In this document: one piece after another, positions 47,851-60,615 of the stretch | Layout of the letters: every line of letters starts with the position of its first letter | Position numbering within the stretch: the first letter of the stretch is position 1 | Assembly: GCF_006345805.1 (NCBI RefSeq) | Contig: NC_043002.1 | Location: 86,056,001-86,120,000 of the forward strand | DNA length: 64,000 bases | Source: Octopus sinensis | Lineage: Eukaryota | Direction of reading: 5' to 3' | Position numbers and translations under genes: made by a program | Notes under the pieces: model-generated | What the model saw: only the letters and a program-made list of their open reading frames with translations | Databases searched by the model: none | Told to the model about the DNA's origin: nothing

Positions 47851-48009
47851 CAAATTGTAGATTAAATCCATTAGCAGTGGTGATAAACAAACATGCTCTT
47901 TTTTCAAAAAAAAAATATACATATATATATAAAAATAACACCAAGTAAGAACAATTTTATGAGAGCAAAATATTGTTTTTATATCTATGAATGTAAGAAT
48001 ATTACAGAC

Positions 48010-48341
48010 ATGTACTTGCATAGCAAGCAACCTGATCTGGATGGTGTGCTGAAACAAAAACAATTGCAACATGGAAGGTGTTTGTAAGTCATTTAAAAAT
48101 ACACAAAAACCATTAGATTCACTTCAACATTTAAATCTAATTTGTCAAAATATTTTCGTCACTTTGAAACCATGACCTGTTCAGACAAAATTCCATGTAG
48201 CACAGAATTTTATCAGTGAACTGGATGAGATTTCAAAACGATGAAAATATTTTGACAAATTAAATTTAAATGTTGAAGTGAATCTAATGGCTTTTGGGTA
48301 TTTTTAAATAACTTACAAACACCTTCCATGCTGCAATTGTT
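48010..48341. mobile_element. Fold-back hammerhead element, copy 2 (older, opposite orientation)
   Basis: Arms ~48059-48197 / ~48200-48341; tail 48010-48058 homologous to the reverse complement of 13638-13692. Confidence 0.88.
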
Positions 48342-48561
48342 GATGTAAGAATAGAAATGAGAAAATAAAGGGGTGAAGGAGTGAGAGAGGAGGAAGTATT
48401 GCATATTTTAGTTGAAGGGTTACCAGGTTCATAGGCACTTTACATCTTGTACCTGTGACTCATGCCATAGAACCTCCACAATCTACACATGTGAATACAG
48501 CTATGTAAATTAGACACTTTCACATACACTCAACTACACCAACTCAGATAGACATATAAAT

Positions 48562-48768
48562 ATTCTTTTCTACTCTAGGCACAAGGCCCAAAATTTTTGG
48601 GAGGGGGCCTGTCGATTAGATCAACCCCAGTAAGCAACTGGTACTTAATTTATCGACCTCAAAAGGATGAAAGGAAAAGCCAACCTCGGTGGAATTTGAA
48701 CTCAGAATGTACAGAAAGACAAAATACCACTAAGCATTTCGCCTGGCATGCTAACATTTCTGCCAGTT
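48562..48768 (-). mobile_element. SINE family B-related copy with a different 3' end
   Basis: Core ACTGGTACTTAATTTATCGACC..AAAGGATGAAAGG and head GGAATTTGAACTCAG. Confidence 0.75.
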
Positions 48769-49596
48769 AACATTTCTGCCTTAGACAGACATATACATAT
48801 TAAGACACAAATACACTAACAATGGTTTCAAATTTTGGCACAAGGCCAGTAAGTCTGGGGGAGGGGGTAAGTCAATTACATCAACACCAGTGCTCAACTG
48901 GTACTTATTTTAATGACCACAAAAGGATAAAGAGCAAAGTCAAACTCTGGAATTTGAACTCAGGAAGTAAAACCATCATCAATGCTGCTTAGCATTTTGT
49001 CCAGTGTGCTAATGATTCTGCCAATAAAATGTGAAGAGTAATCCCAACTATAAATATATACTTATTACCCCTAGAAATGTTCAAATTTATATTTTTGTTG
49101 TTATGGCTTTTGGGTAAATAAGATTGATATTGCTTAGCAGAAATTAAGAAACTGAAAAACCAGATATATATGGCTGCTATATTGATTCTTTGATACTAGG
49201 GTCAAAAACCCTGTCAATGCATACTTATGCTTAGACCTCCAAAGCATAAAAGTGAGGAGGTATGAGAGGTGAATACTAAATGTTATTCACCTCTAACAGT
49301 CTTCTTCATGTAGTAATAATTTCACTGTGGAATAAAATTATGTTTACATGTTTGTATTAATATACAATGCTAAGCACTATACTATACAGTGGAATATTCA
49401 CAAACCAATGCAAATAGAGAAAGCTGGCTCATCAGATCACTTGAGCATCATTGCTACACTGAGTCTATAAGAGAAGCTTTATGATAGCCACATGATTTTC
49501 TGAATCCATAGCTCAAACTACAAATTTTATATATATGAAAACAAGCATACATATACACATACATACATGGGTACCATATATATATATATATATATA

Positions 49597-49754
49597 TCAT
49601 CATCATCATCATCATCGTTTAGCGTCCGTTTTCCATGCTAGCATGGGTTGGACGGTTCTACTGGGGTCTGTGAAGCCAGAAGGCTTCATCAGGCCCAGTC
49701 AAATCTGGCAGTGTTTCTACGGCTGGATGCCCTTCCTAACGCCAACCACTCCGT
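49597..49754 (-). mobile_element. Short RTE-tail retrocopy in (TA)n
   Basis: Near-identical to 46021-46165. Confidence 0.85.
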
Positions 49755-49756
49755 GA

Positions 49757-49790
<34 letters not shown>

Positions 49791-49937
49791 ATATAGGGAT
49801 AAAGAGAGGAAGAAAGAAACAGATATAACTGTGCATTTACATGCAGTCATAGATTCTTACTGAATGCATAAAATTTGGATAGTTAGGATCAGGTGTGTAT
49901 ACATAAACAATATATGAATAATATATGTATGTGTATA

Positions 49938-49973
<36 letters not shown>

Positions 49974-50368
49974 CAAATTGAGATAGGGGTTGTAAATGCA
50001 ACCCTCTATGGAATAACGTATATCCAATATACTGCTAGTGAAGTACCCAAAAAGTTAATACATAAAGGGCTAATATTGGTAAAATGAGACATAATTATCG
50101 ACATGGCCGAAACAGCTGTAAGATCTAATTTATACTTATATTTATATTTACTTGTATTTATATTCTTTTTTATATATATTCTAATTATTATACAACATTA
50201 CTCTTTTATGTACACTTTTTTATGTACATTCCTTTATGTACACTATTTGTTCTGCTTTTTATATTTAACCCTACAGTCTCTTATGTGCTGGTCTAATAAA
50301 GTATGTGATTGAGTATTATCTGGTAATTGATATTTGATTTAGATGCATTTCTCCATTTTCTTATCTTG

Positions 50369-50408
<40 letters not shown>

Positions 50409-51584
50409 TACACTCATATATATATTTGTTGACTTGTGTGGGATAATAAAACTGATATAATAAACTGAATAGATAGGAATTATAGAGGCATTGGAATAGA
50501 CTTGTCAGTTGTTGGAAGTAATGTCCTGTGATATACTCAATAAACTGTTTTATAGTAGAATAATATACTACCAATAACAATAATCCCCAGCAAAAATAAA
50601 TAAAAAAGTTAATGAATAACATATAACAAGTAGTTAAGTGAAGGAGAAATTTCTTAAGGATCTGATATATATAATACACATATGTGTGCACATGACAATA
50701 TATATATATGTATGTATATATTTTAAGACATTTTGGGTCAATTAGTTTTGGAATCTTAACACTATATGGATGGGGAACCTAAGTTAATCCCATAACTCGA
50801 TGCAGTTTGGAACTTTGTATGCCTAAAACACTATTCAAAATGTGCTGCATAAACACCTAAGACTGCATGCTTACAAAATTCAAATGCGACATAAAATTAA
50901 GGCAACAGATAGGCTTAAACAAGTTGAATGTGAGTGATTGACTGAGAGAGAGAGAGAGGTGTGTGTTGCTGTGTGTGACAGAGAGAGAGAGAGAGAGAGA
51001 GAGAGTGGTAGAGTAAATTTTACTACTCAACTTATACACACATTTAAAAGAATTTGTCATGAGAACACACACCTTTACTCAGTGACTGACTTTTTCTCTC
51101 TTCCTCACATGCACACATATAAAGAACATGTATGCATATGTATTTATGCATGTATGTGTATACAACAGATAATAGGTGTATGTATGTGTTTGTGTGACTG
51201 AGCCTAGGTATTTTACATATACATGACAACACCTCTCTCTCTCAGTCAATCACTTACACACTCAACCACTAAAAAAAAAGATGCGAGAAAAACTAGATAA
51301 ATAAAAAAATTTACACTATCATTTCTCTCTCTCACACAGACACAGAGCAAGGCACCTTCTCTCTCTCTCAAACATACATTAAAAATTGCGAGAAAAAGTA
51401 AATAAATAAAATAAATAAACACACACACAAACAACAACACACACCTTTTCTCTCTCTCTCATACACACACATACACACACTTTAAATTTATTATTCAATT
51501 TTTAATAAGGTAAAATCTTAAATTATCAATTGACACATTATTAATTAGCATAATAGTGTAGCCTGCAAAAGACATGAATTACAT

Positions 51585-52463
51585 TGAAAAATGCAAGCAA
51601 GAGAAATAATATTCTTCAGATTATAAACCAGGAAAAGTACAGGACAAGTTATTACACTTGGAAAAGTTCAGGACAATTTATTACATCTGGTAAAGTACAG
51701 AACAAGAAAATTTTTACTTAAAGTATTGCAGCTAAGGATAAAATTTGAATATTAAAAGTTATTTTATTTTAAATTACAAAGTAACATTATAATTTAAAAA
51801 GGTACCATCATTTTGTTAAAATATTGACACACTAGAATACTTGAAAAATGAGAGCCAGAAGTATTAGTACAGCTAAAGTTGTATGCAAAGTAGAATAGTA
51901 TATATGGTAAGCAAATTCCTTATACAAAAAATAGGCATCGGGGCAAACCTAAAATTGCGAAGAGTTGGCAATTACTTAGATAATAACTCAAGCAAATTTT
52001 ACTGTGAATTAGTAGTTATAGGTAGGTTTTACTGTAATATATATATATATAACTAATTTTATTAGTCTATTTATTATACTAACTAATTATGTACAACTAT
52101 CATTTTTATAACCCATTTTCAAATTTCTAATTATTAATTGATAATTAAAAAATTAATCTTTTTAAAGTGCAAAAGAATATTTTGAGTTATTTTTTATTTT
52201 TGATAGAAGTAACAATTAATAACAAATAGAAGTAATAACTTGTAATAAAATTTTTAGTTTTAATAAAAACTGATATTTTCTAAATTAAAATATTTTATTT
52301 GAAATTTCATCCTTAGCTGCAATATTTTAAGTAAAAGTTTTCTTGTTCAGTACTCTACCAGATGTAATAACCCGTCGTGAACTTTTTCAAGTGTAATACC
52401 TTCTCCTGTACTTTTCCAGATTTATAATCTGAAAATGTTATTTCTCTTGCTTACATTTTTTCA
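51585..52463. mobile_element. Element with ~170-bp diverged inverted arms containing ~29-bp sub-repeats
   Basis: TGAAAAATGCAAGCAAGAGAAATAA...GCAGCTAAGGAT at left; reverse complement at ~52295-52463; sub-repeat GGAAAAGT(A/T)CAGGACAA.TTATTACA. Confidence 0.78.
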
Positions 52464-52532
52464 TATAATATATATGTATTTGCATATATATATATGTATA
52501 TATATGTATGAATATATATATATATGTATATG

Positions 52533-52573
<41 letters not shown>

Positions 52574-52716
52574 ATATATGTATATGTATGTATATATATG
52601 TATATGTATGCATGTATATATATATACATATGTATGTATATATATATCTATACCTATGTATGTGTATATATACATATATATCTGTGTGTGTGTATACATA
52701 TTTATATGTATGTATG

Positions 52717-53143
52717 TCATTGTTCAGTTTTATTTCAAGATTTCTTGTCAAGAGAAAGAGCCAGTTTCTAACTTGGATCCAAAGCTCCTTCGTAGGAATT
52801 TCTACATCAACAACAGGGTATTTTTGTATGTATGTATATGCATAGATTGGTATGTTTTATTTTATGTATGCTCATGCATATAGTTGCATATCTAGACATG
52901 GCCATATATATATTTAAATGATAAACTTCTGGAAAATTTTACAGATCTTTCAGTTCCAGTGATGGATTGGATCTGTAGTCTTCAAATTATCTTTCTCATT
53001 TCTGGTTTTGAGAAGTCTAATTTCTCAAGATTGGTATTAAGGCAGTGTGTTACATATCTCAGGGTCCCAATAATTACAGGTATAAACTTGAACTTGTAAT
53101 CTGGATAGAGTAACTGCAAATTTCTCAGTAGTTCAGTATAGGT
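52717..53143 (-). pseudogene. 3' end of an R4/Dong-like (RLE) non-LTR retrotransposon in (CATA)n
   Basis: Minus-strand YTELLRNLQLLYPDYKFKFIPVIIGTLRYVTHCL...LQIQSITGT fits the R4/Dong C-terminus; 3' UTR ends in (CATA)n. Confidence 0.78.
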
Positions 53144-53355
53144 GTGTATGTACGGACATATGTATGTATGTGTTCTTTGTAACATAATCCAATAAAGTGT
53201 ACCCCAATGATCTGTTGAGATTAAGCATCCATTTGCACTTGGAATATCCAATGAAGAGTTCCAAGCAACTACAATGAGGAAACATACATAAGAACAAGTG
53301 ATTTAAACACAATTCCCCATGTTTGTACGTACATATGTATATGTGTATGTATATA

Positions 53356-53588
53356 TATTTCTTTACTACCCACAAGGGGCTAAACACAGAGGAGACAAAC
53401 AAGGACAGACAAACGGATTAAGTTGATTACATCGACCCCAGTGCGTAACTGGTACTTAATTTATCGACCCTGAAAAGATGAAAGGCAAAGTCGACCTCGG
53501 CGGAATTTGAACTCAGAACGTAACAGCAGACGAAATACGGCTACACATTTTGCCCAGCGTGCTAACGTTTCTGCCAGCTCGCCGCCTT
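53356..53588 (-). mobile_element. SINE family B, full length
   Basis: Homology to the other family B copies. Confidence 0.9.
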
Positions 53589-54142
53589 ATATGTTCATAT
53601 GTATTGAAAGAGGGTAGCAATTAAGGAAATCTGGGCGAATAAATCAGTTAAGATTTCATGTATAAAACCTAGCTAACAGAGTGTAAAAGTAAGAAAATTA
53701 GAATCCGTATTAATTTGACCCAACTATAAATCCGAGTAAATTTACTGATCAAACATTTGAGGCATCGATTGTGGACAAAAGAATGAAGATGATGGTATTA
53801 CAGAGCGGTAGGATTGTTTCAATCCTACTGAAATAATTTCATCAATTTGTACTTTGGTTTGTACATCTGAAAAATTATGTAAATTTGCAGAATATCAGAA
53901 TTAAAAATATAAACAATAAGTGTTTACTCCAGCCAAAAGATATTTCAGTTGTATCACAACTATGACAGAATGTGATTAGATGAGCCATGATGTGAGTACT
54001 ATGCAAATATCTCTCCCAAAACTTAGGAATATCAACAATGAAACTCTCCTAATGGTTGTTGCAAAACTATCAAATGGAAATTCACTTGAATGATATCTGA
54101 TAGTTGTACAGAAAATTCTCATTCTTCAAAAGCAGCCTTTAT

Positions 54143-54392
54143 TCATCATCATCATCATCATCATTTAGCATCCGCTTTCCATGCTAGCATGGGTTGGATG
54201 GTTCAACTGGGGTCTGGGAAGCCAGAAGGCTGCACCAGGCCCAGTCTGATCTGGCAATGTTTCTATGGCTGGATGCCCTTCCTAACGCCAACCACTCCGT
54301 GAGTATAGTGGGTGCTTTTTACGTGCCACCAGCACAGGTGCCAGACGGGGCTGGCAAACGGCCACGGTCGGATGGTGCTTTTTACGTGCCAC
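54143..54392 (-). mobile_element. RTE-tail retrocopy
   Basis: (CAT)n, shared 3' module and minisatellite units. Confidence 0.85.
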
Positions 54393-55110
54393 CAAAAATA
54401 TTCAAAAGAACAACAGATCCTGAGATTGATATGTCAGACAGGTCAGTAGTTGCATATACATTAAAACTAAAAACCAGGAGGTGCATATGTCCAGAAACTA
54501 CAACCCCATACATAGAGTGCTTGAATGTGATGTATAATTGTAGGTGGATCTGCAAGAATGCATTTCTCAAGTATCACTGTGAAACATACAATGTAGTAAC
54601 TGATGTGCGCATATGAGGAAGGAAAGGAGTCTAAAGTTGTACTGAACAGCTCCTCATCAACAAAGCTGTCTTTATGGATGTCAAATAGCATCACCAAAAT
54701 CTACTGACTGAAGCATTTGGCTCTGTTCCTCACTCATGGATAATAGAGTCATTATGTCTTGTTAATGTTCCATATATGACAGCCCAAACCATTAAGTAAT
54801 GAACCTCATGGTCCACACAGTAATTGGTAAGAATTGAAGCAACCATCATAGTCATCAACAGAATTAGGCTATCAATGGGAATATTTCAAGGTGATAGCTT
54901 ATATGTAATGCTATTCATTTTAACATCCTTCTTAGCCTTGTTAAGGAAATACAAAGGCTACATGACAGAATCTGCAAATGAATGAAAAATTAATGTCACT
55001 CACACATTTTATGTTGATGACTTTAATCTGTACTCTAATGATATTCATGACACCAAGGGACACTTAGAACTGGTCACTACATTCTTGTGGGACATAAGAT
55101 CAAAGCCTGG
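54393..55110 (+). pseudogene. Decayed R4/Dong-like reverse transcriptase fragment
   Basis: CLNVMY, CTEQLLINKAV, AFGSVPHSWIIESL, GIFQGDSL, THTFYVDDFNLY. Confidence 0.8.
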
Positions 55111-57228
55111 TGACTGAAATTTAGATAAAAGCTATAGAAACCCCATCAGATGACCATTTCTGTTCTTTAGTGGTACACTTAGTGTGTCACCCAGTTAACC
55201 TACTCTCCAAGCATTGCTAGGATGCTTTTAGTAAAGCACACACTTTTTCAAAAATTCATGCCAACTCTTTGGTCTGAAAATAAGTTCCTCTGTACCGCTA
55301 AGCAGGCAAATTACCCTACTCTTTTAACTTGTTGACGAATACACCATTTCCACATCAACAGCAAGTGGTTAATATAAATAAAATAAATAAATAAATAACA
55401 ATTCATATGAGAATATGATTTCTTAAACATCCTTATATTCCTATGCAAAACATGGTGATTAGGATTTAGCTAAAGCTTTAATATTAATAGATGTAGAATT
55501 TTTTTTACAACAAATAATAATTTATAACTGCAACACTTGCATCCAACAAATTATGCCTAATGCTCAAGATTATATAATTAATGCAAGCAAAAGCAAGAAT
55601 ATATTTTAGCAAACTAGAGTTACTAATATTTGTTATTTTATTAAGAGATCATATAATGAAACAAATTCACAAAGAGAAAGAAAAATCAATGTCACACTAG
55701 AATTTATTATTTCTTCATTTTTTTTTTTTAACAGAGTTAATATTTTACAAGATACTTATAATATGAAACAAACAATCCAAAGATGGATAGAAAAAGATTG
55801 AAAATAAATCTTATGTAAAGATATAAAAACATAACAGGATCAACTTATATATAAAAAAAAACAAACAAACTACAATCAAGTACCAATCTGACATTATCAG
55901 AACAGATTACGCAGTATCTACTAGGCTTCAACATTTTGTTATAGCACATCCACTCACTTCCTTAAACTCATACAGTGCAAAAGGTAAGAATCAATAAAAT
56001 ATATCTATTTTCTTATAGGTGGATCATTTTTCGGTACTGTTCACTGGAAGACAGTGTTAAATTCTCCTAAATAATATTAGTTCCAAGGAAGGAAAATAGC
56101 TGAGACCTGACTACCCATCAATATCTGATGCAGCAAGTGATGGTATAATTTAAATATAACAATCAGAGAGACTAAAATTTGACAGGTCATAAAATTTCCC
56201 ATTAGGTAAAGAAGAATCAATTAGCTGAAGACTTTATTGAACCAGTTTATTAGTGTGAATTCTGTAAATTACTTGAAAAGAGATAAAACAAATACTGGGA
56301 AAAATTATTCGTCTGAGACTTTCTCTTTTGAGATAATATTAGCATTGACACCTCCAAATTATCCTTAGTTCATTGCAAACCACCTCCAGTACCACCATCT
56401 TCATAACCTACATTAATAAGCTCATCCACTATTTCTTGCACTGAGCAGAAGAAAATACACAAGATTATTTCTTGGAAATTTTAACTTTTAAGAACATTTT
56501 TGTTGGGTTAATTTAAGATTTGAGAATATTCATGTAGAGAACAAGATAATTAAAATCAAATAGAACTAGATTATTTTCTGATGAAGAAAGAAAAAAAAAT
56601 CATTTGATTTTTGCTAAGAAAACTGATACACACAGATATCCCAAATTTCAGCTCTTCTTAGAAGAAGCTAAATAGAAAGAACAGAAATAAGTCTGACTAT
56701 AAGATAATTAATATCCCCCAAAGAAGGAAATCAATAAATTGAACTTAATATCTGTCTAAAAATAACTAATTTGTGGAACACTTAATTTCCAAAGAAGTAA
56801 AAATAAAAAACAAGTAGAAATAAAGCAAAATGACATTTTATGTCAGTGATTAGGGTTGGGATATTAGTCAGAAAATTTTTTTAATGTATTATCAACATCT
56901 AAATATAGAATTTTTTACAAAATTAAAATAAATATAATAATGAATAAAATGACTATATGTGAATAAATTTCAATTTCATTTCATAAAAGATATATTTTAA
57001 GTTTATATGGATTTATAAGGGTTTCATATCAAATATGGAGATGAAGGGAGAAATTTAAAAAAAATATTAGTTGAAATTCATTTAAAATAATATTCATCCC
57101 CTCAATTTCACCAAACATTTTTGATATGTATCTCTCTCTCCCTTTATCTATCTATCTATCTATCTATCTATATCTATCTATCTATATTTATACACACACA
57201 CACACACATATATATGTATATATGTATG

Positions 57229-57309
<81 letters not shown>

Positions 57310-57348
57310 ATACATACACACACACATGTGTGTGTGTGAGTGAGTGAG

Positions 57349-57538
57349 AAAATGGATAGAAATGGCTTTTCTGATAATTTTCCACTTTAATAATTAAATG
57401 TCTATAAGTTATTTGGTACACCTTATAACTTTATAAACATTCAAATATTACAGTGGAAAAATTATCAGAAAAGTCATTTCTATTCATTTTTTAAAGTATA
57501 TAATACTGTACCAAGGATTTTCTGCTTCTCATTCTACA

Positions 57539-57540
<2 letters not shown>
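57349..57540. repeat. Asymmetric fold-back between microsatellites, ~65-bp diverged arms
   Basis: AAAATGGATAGAAATGGCTTTTCTGATAATTTTCCACT... vs ...AGTGGAAAAATTATCAGAAAAGTCATTTCTATTCATTTT (ends 57490). Confidence 0.8.
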
Positions 57541-57571
<31 letters not shown>

Positions 57572-57615
57572 TGTATGTATGTATGTATGTATGTATGTAT
57601 GGATATAAATATATT

Positions 57616-57652
<37 letters not shown>

Positions 57653-57653
<1 letters not shown>

Positions 57654-57825
57654 AGTTCTGTAAAAATTTAGATTCAGTTGAATATGGTATTTAAGTTAAA
57701 GGCACCAGAATTTGGTATAGTATTATCCATATAATTCAGAATGGGTTGATTACAATCACAATAAGAAACAAGGATATCCAGAGGTAATGCAGCATTACCT
57801 CTGGATATCCTTGTTGCTTATTTTG

Positions 57826-57827
<2 letters not shown>
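57653..57827. repeat. Asymmetric fold-back insertion in (TA)n, 36-bp arms, 1-nt loop
   Basis: 57755-57827 is palindromic about A57791; tail homologous to 41925-42010. Confidence 0.85.
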
Positions 57828-57858
<31 letters not shown>

Positions 57859-59176
57859 TATGTGGGTGTGTGTATATATAAATATATGCATGTATACACA
57901 CATATATAAGCATCTGTGTTAGTATATATGAATAAAATTGTTTAAAACAATATTAGTAGATTATATATTAATCAAATAAATAAGCATTTAAAACCTTTTT
58001 CTTGGTAGTTAAAATTTACAGAGGCAATCCAATTATATTAGAAGAACAATCATTTAATAACATTGTAATTGAAACTTTTAATTATAAAGTTTGAATATTA
58101 TTCTCATGGGTTATTTTTTTCCATGTATTTTAAATGTATTTTAAATGCTTAATATTAGTAAAGCAATACTTTTCTTGTGGTGAAAATGTGCTGATTTACC
58201 TAGTAACCAACATATATATTTACAAAAACAGAAAAGAAATCTACCTTATGAAAGTTTTAATTAATTAAAAGAAAAATATTTAGATTACAACAGATGAAGA
58301 GATTAGTGCAGGAGAGTATAACTGAAAGAAAAGGAAGTTATCTTCCAAACAAATTAATTAATAAGAAACAAAGAAATAAAAATACATTGTTGTTAAAACT
58401 CACCTGTAATTATTAATGTAGGTAAGAACATTATCCTACTGATAATGCATTCATATTAAATGTAAATGAAAACTGAAATAATATTTTTTTAAAGATTTGT
58501 CTCACGGTATATCCTCTAATTAGGCAAATATAAGATTTTGCTCAACCATGAGAAGTATTTATGTTGGCAAACTATCTATCAAACATAAGTAATATTTGCT
58601 AGACAACTAGTATCTTGGTTCATCTTCATATATATATATATATGTATACATGTATATATATATACATATATATATATATTTACGAATACATCGTTAATTT
58701 ACATTACATAATTGCTATCAACACATCTATACATTCAGCCTGATATGCCTCATTGCTGTGTGACTATATACATGCTCTCTACTATTCCACACACACATAT
58801 AATGTACAACTTTCTGTCAGTATCAGTCAAGCAATAAACAGCTCAGCAGATCTCATTGCAAATATAGGGGGTGACAGGTATGTTTTTTTTCTTTCTTAAT
58901 AGAAAACTCATTTTCTACATGATTCAATATTGTCACTTTAAAGCAAACTTACCAGCCAGTTTCAAGCAAACTAAATTTAGAATGATTTTAATAATAAGAA
59001 TTCTACAAAACTGCTATAAAAAGAACAATCCTTTTTTAATCTAACAAACACACATACACACACAGAGATACACGCACGCACTCATGCATACAGACACACA
59101 CACATACAAACATGCACACACACCCATTTAGCTACACAAACACAGAGAACTTCATCTCTCTCTCTATATATATATA

Positions 59177-59283
59177 TCATCATCATCATCATCATTGTTT
59201 AGCGTCCGTTTTCCATGCTAGCATGGGTTGGACAGTTCAACTGGGGTCTGTGAAGCCGGATGGCTTCATCAGGCCTAGTCAGA
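59177..59283 (-). mobile_element. Short RTE-tail retrocopy in (TA)n
   Basis: Homologous to 46021-46165. Confidence 0.82.
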
Positions 59284-59425
59284 TATATATATATATATAT
59301 ATATAATAAATATTAGGGAATAAATCCAAATTTACAGTGGCAGTTTTTTTGACTTTTTATTAAAATTTTATGTATTGATTAAGTCTTTCCTTGTTTGTTT
59401 TGCAAAATAGTGGTTTTGTCTCTAA

Positions 59426-59458
<33 letters not shown>

Positions 59459-59541
59459 CATCAGAGAGAGAGAGAGAGAGAGAGATTTATGCATATCTGT
59501 GTGTGTGTGTATATGATATATATACCATATATAATATGTAA

Positions 59542-59580
<39 letters not shown>

Positions 59581-59799
59581 CAAATACATTCAAACATGCA
59601 TGAATGCTTATAAATAATATACATAGTTAACACCAATGAAATGGAAGAAAGCTATTTTTGTAACTCTGGTTCATATCCTTGTTGAAGCTTTTTTACTTCA
59701 AATATAATAAAATGCTCTTAGGAAATTCTGAACATCTCAAACTTATGCATGCATAAGTACACATACACACACACACTTATCTATACATATGTGCGTTTG

Positions 59800-60060
59800 T
59801 GACGGCATATGGCCTAATGGTGAGGGGCATTACATTAATGATTGCAAGATTGTGGTTTTGATTCCTAGATAAGCAGTGTGTTGTTTTCTTGAGCAAAAAT
59901 ACTTCATTTCATATGATGGACAGGGGTTCTGTTCAGGGGAAATGTTGGCCTGACCACCTGGCCAGTGAGGTGACATCATTTGAAAGCTACAACAATGCAG
60001 TGAAGTGCATTATGACCAGCAGTGCATGGCAACATCTGAAAGGCTCGTCAATACAATCAC
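59800..60060 (+). mobile_element. Old tRNA-derived SINE whose 3' half is the 120-bp module
   Basis: A-box-like TGGCCTAATGG, B-box-like GGTTTTGATTCC, then TTGGCCTG...ACAATGCAG..GCATTATGACCAGC...AACATCTGA. Confidence 0.7.
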
Positions 60061-60384
60061 ACACACACATCCTAGTTTTATTTGTTGTATTTATCATTCA
60101 ATGTGGAACTGATTTCTAACCCATCGACCAAACCTTTTCATTGAATTTAGATAACACCAACAAAGTCAATTGTGTATATAGGTATATAAATCAGGACATT
60201 GCAAAGTGTGGATCTGTATGTTCTGACTAATGTCTACACACAGATTATGTACACAGTACGTGCTAAACTCATGGAATGCTGTACATATTTTCATAGTCCC
60301 TTTAATAGCTTGTAATAGTTATTTCCCAATTAGTTGCATCCTTTTTCTGGTTTTGAGAAAATCAGGTTCTCAAGAATGTACTGA

Positions 60385-60615
60385 GGCGGCGAGCTGGCAG
60401 AAACATTAGCACACCAGGTGAAATGCTTAGCGGTATTTCATCTACCGTTACATTCTGAGTTCAAATTCCGCCGAGGTCGACTTTGCCTTTCATCCTTTTG
60501 GGGTCGATAAATTAAGTACCAGTTATGCACTGGGGTCAATGTAATCGACTTAATCCCTTTGTCTGTCCTAGTTTGTCCCCTCTGTGTTTAGCTCCCTGTG
60601 GGCAATAAAGAAATA
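60385..60615 (+). mobile_element. SINE family B with TSD, inserted in an R4-like relic
   Basis: ATGTACTGAGG on both sides; flank TTTCTGGTTTTGAGAA matches ~52999-53014. Confidence 0.88.

Noticed and set aside
56370-56440. Minus-strand acceptor tattttcttctgctcag followed by QEIVDELINVGYEDGG
   Set aside because: Faint ankyrin resemblance only, weak donors and an in-frame stop soon after; needs RNA-seq.
58404-58472. 69-nt minus-strand segment with good splice sites (tttcag / CAG|gtgagt)
   Set aside because: Stops in all three frames; could be a UTR exon but cannot be supported from sequence alone.
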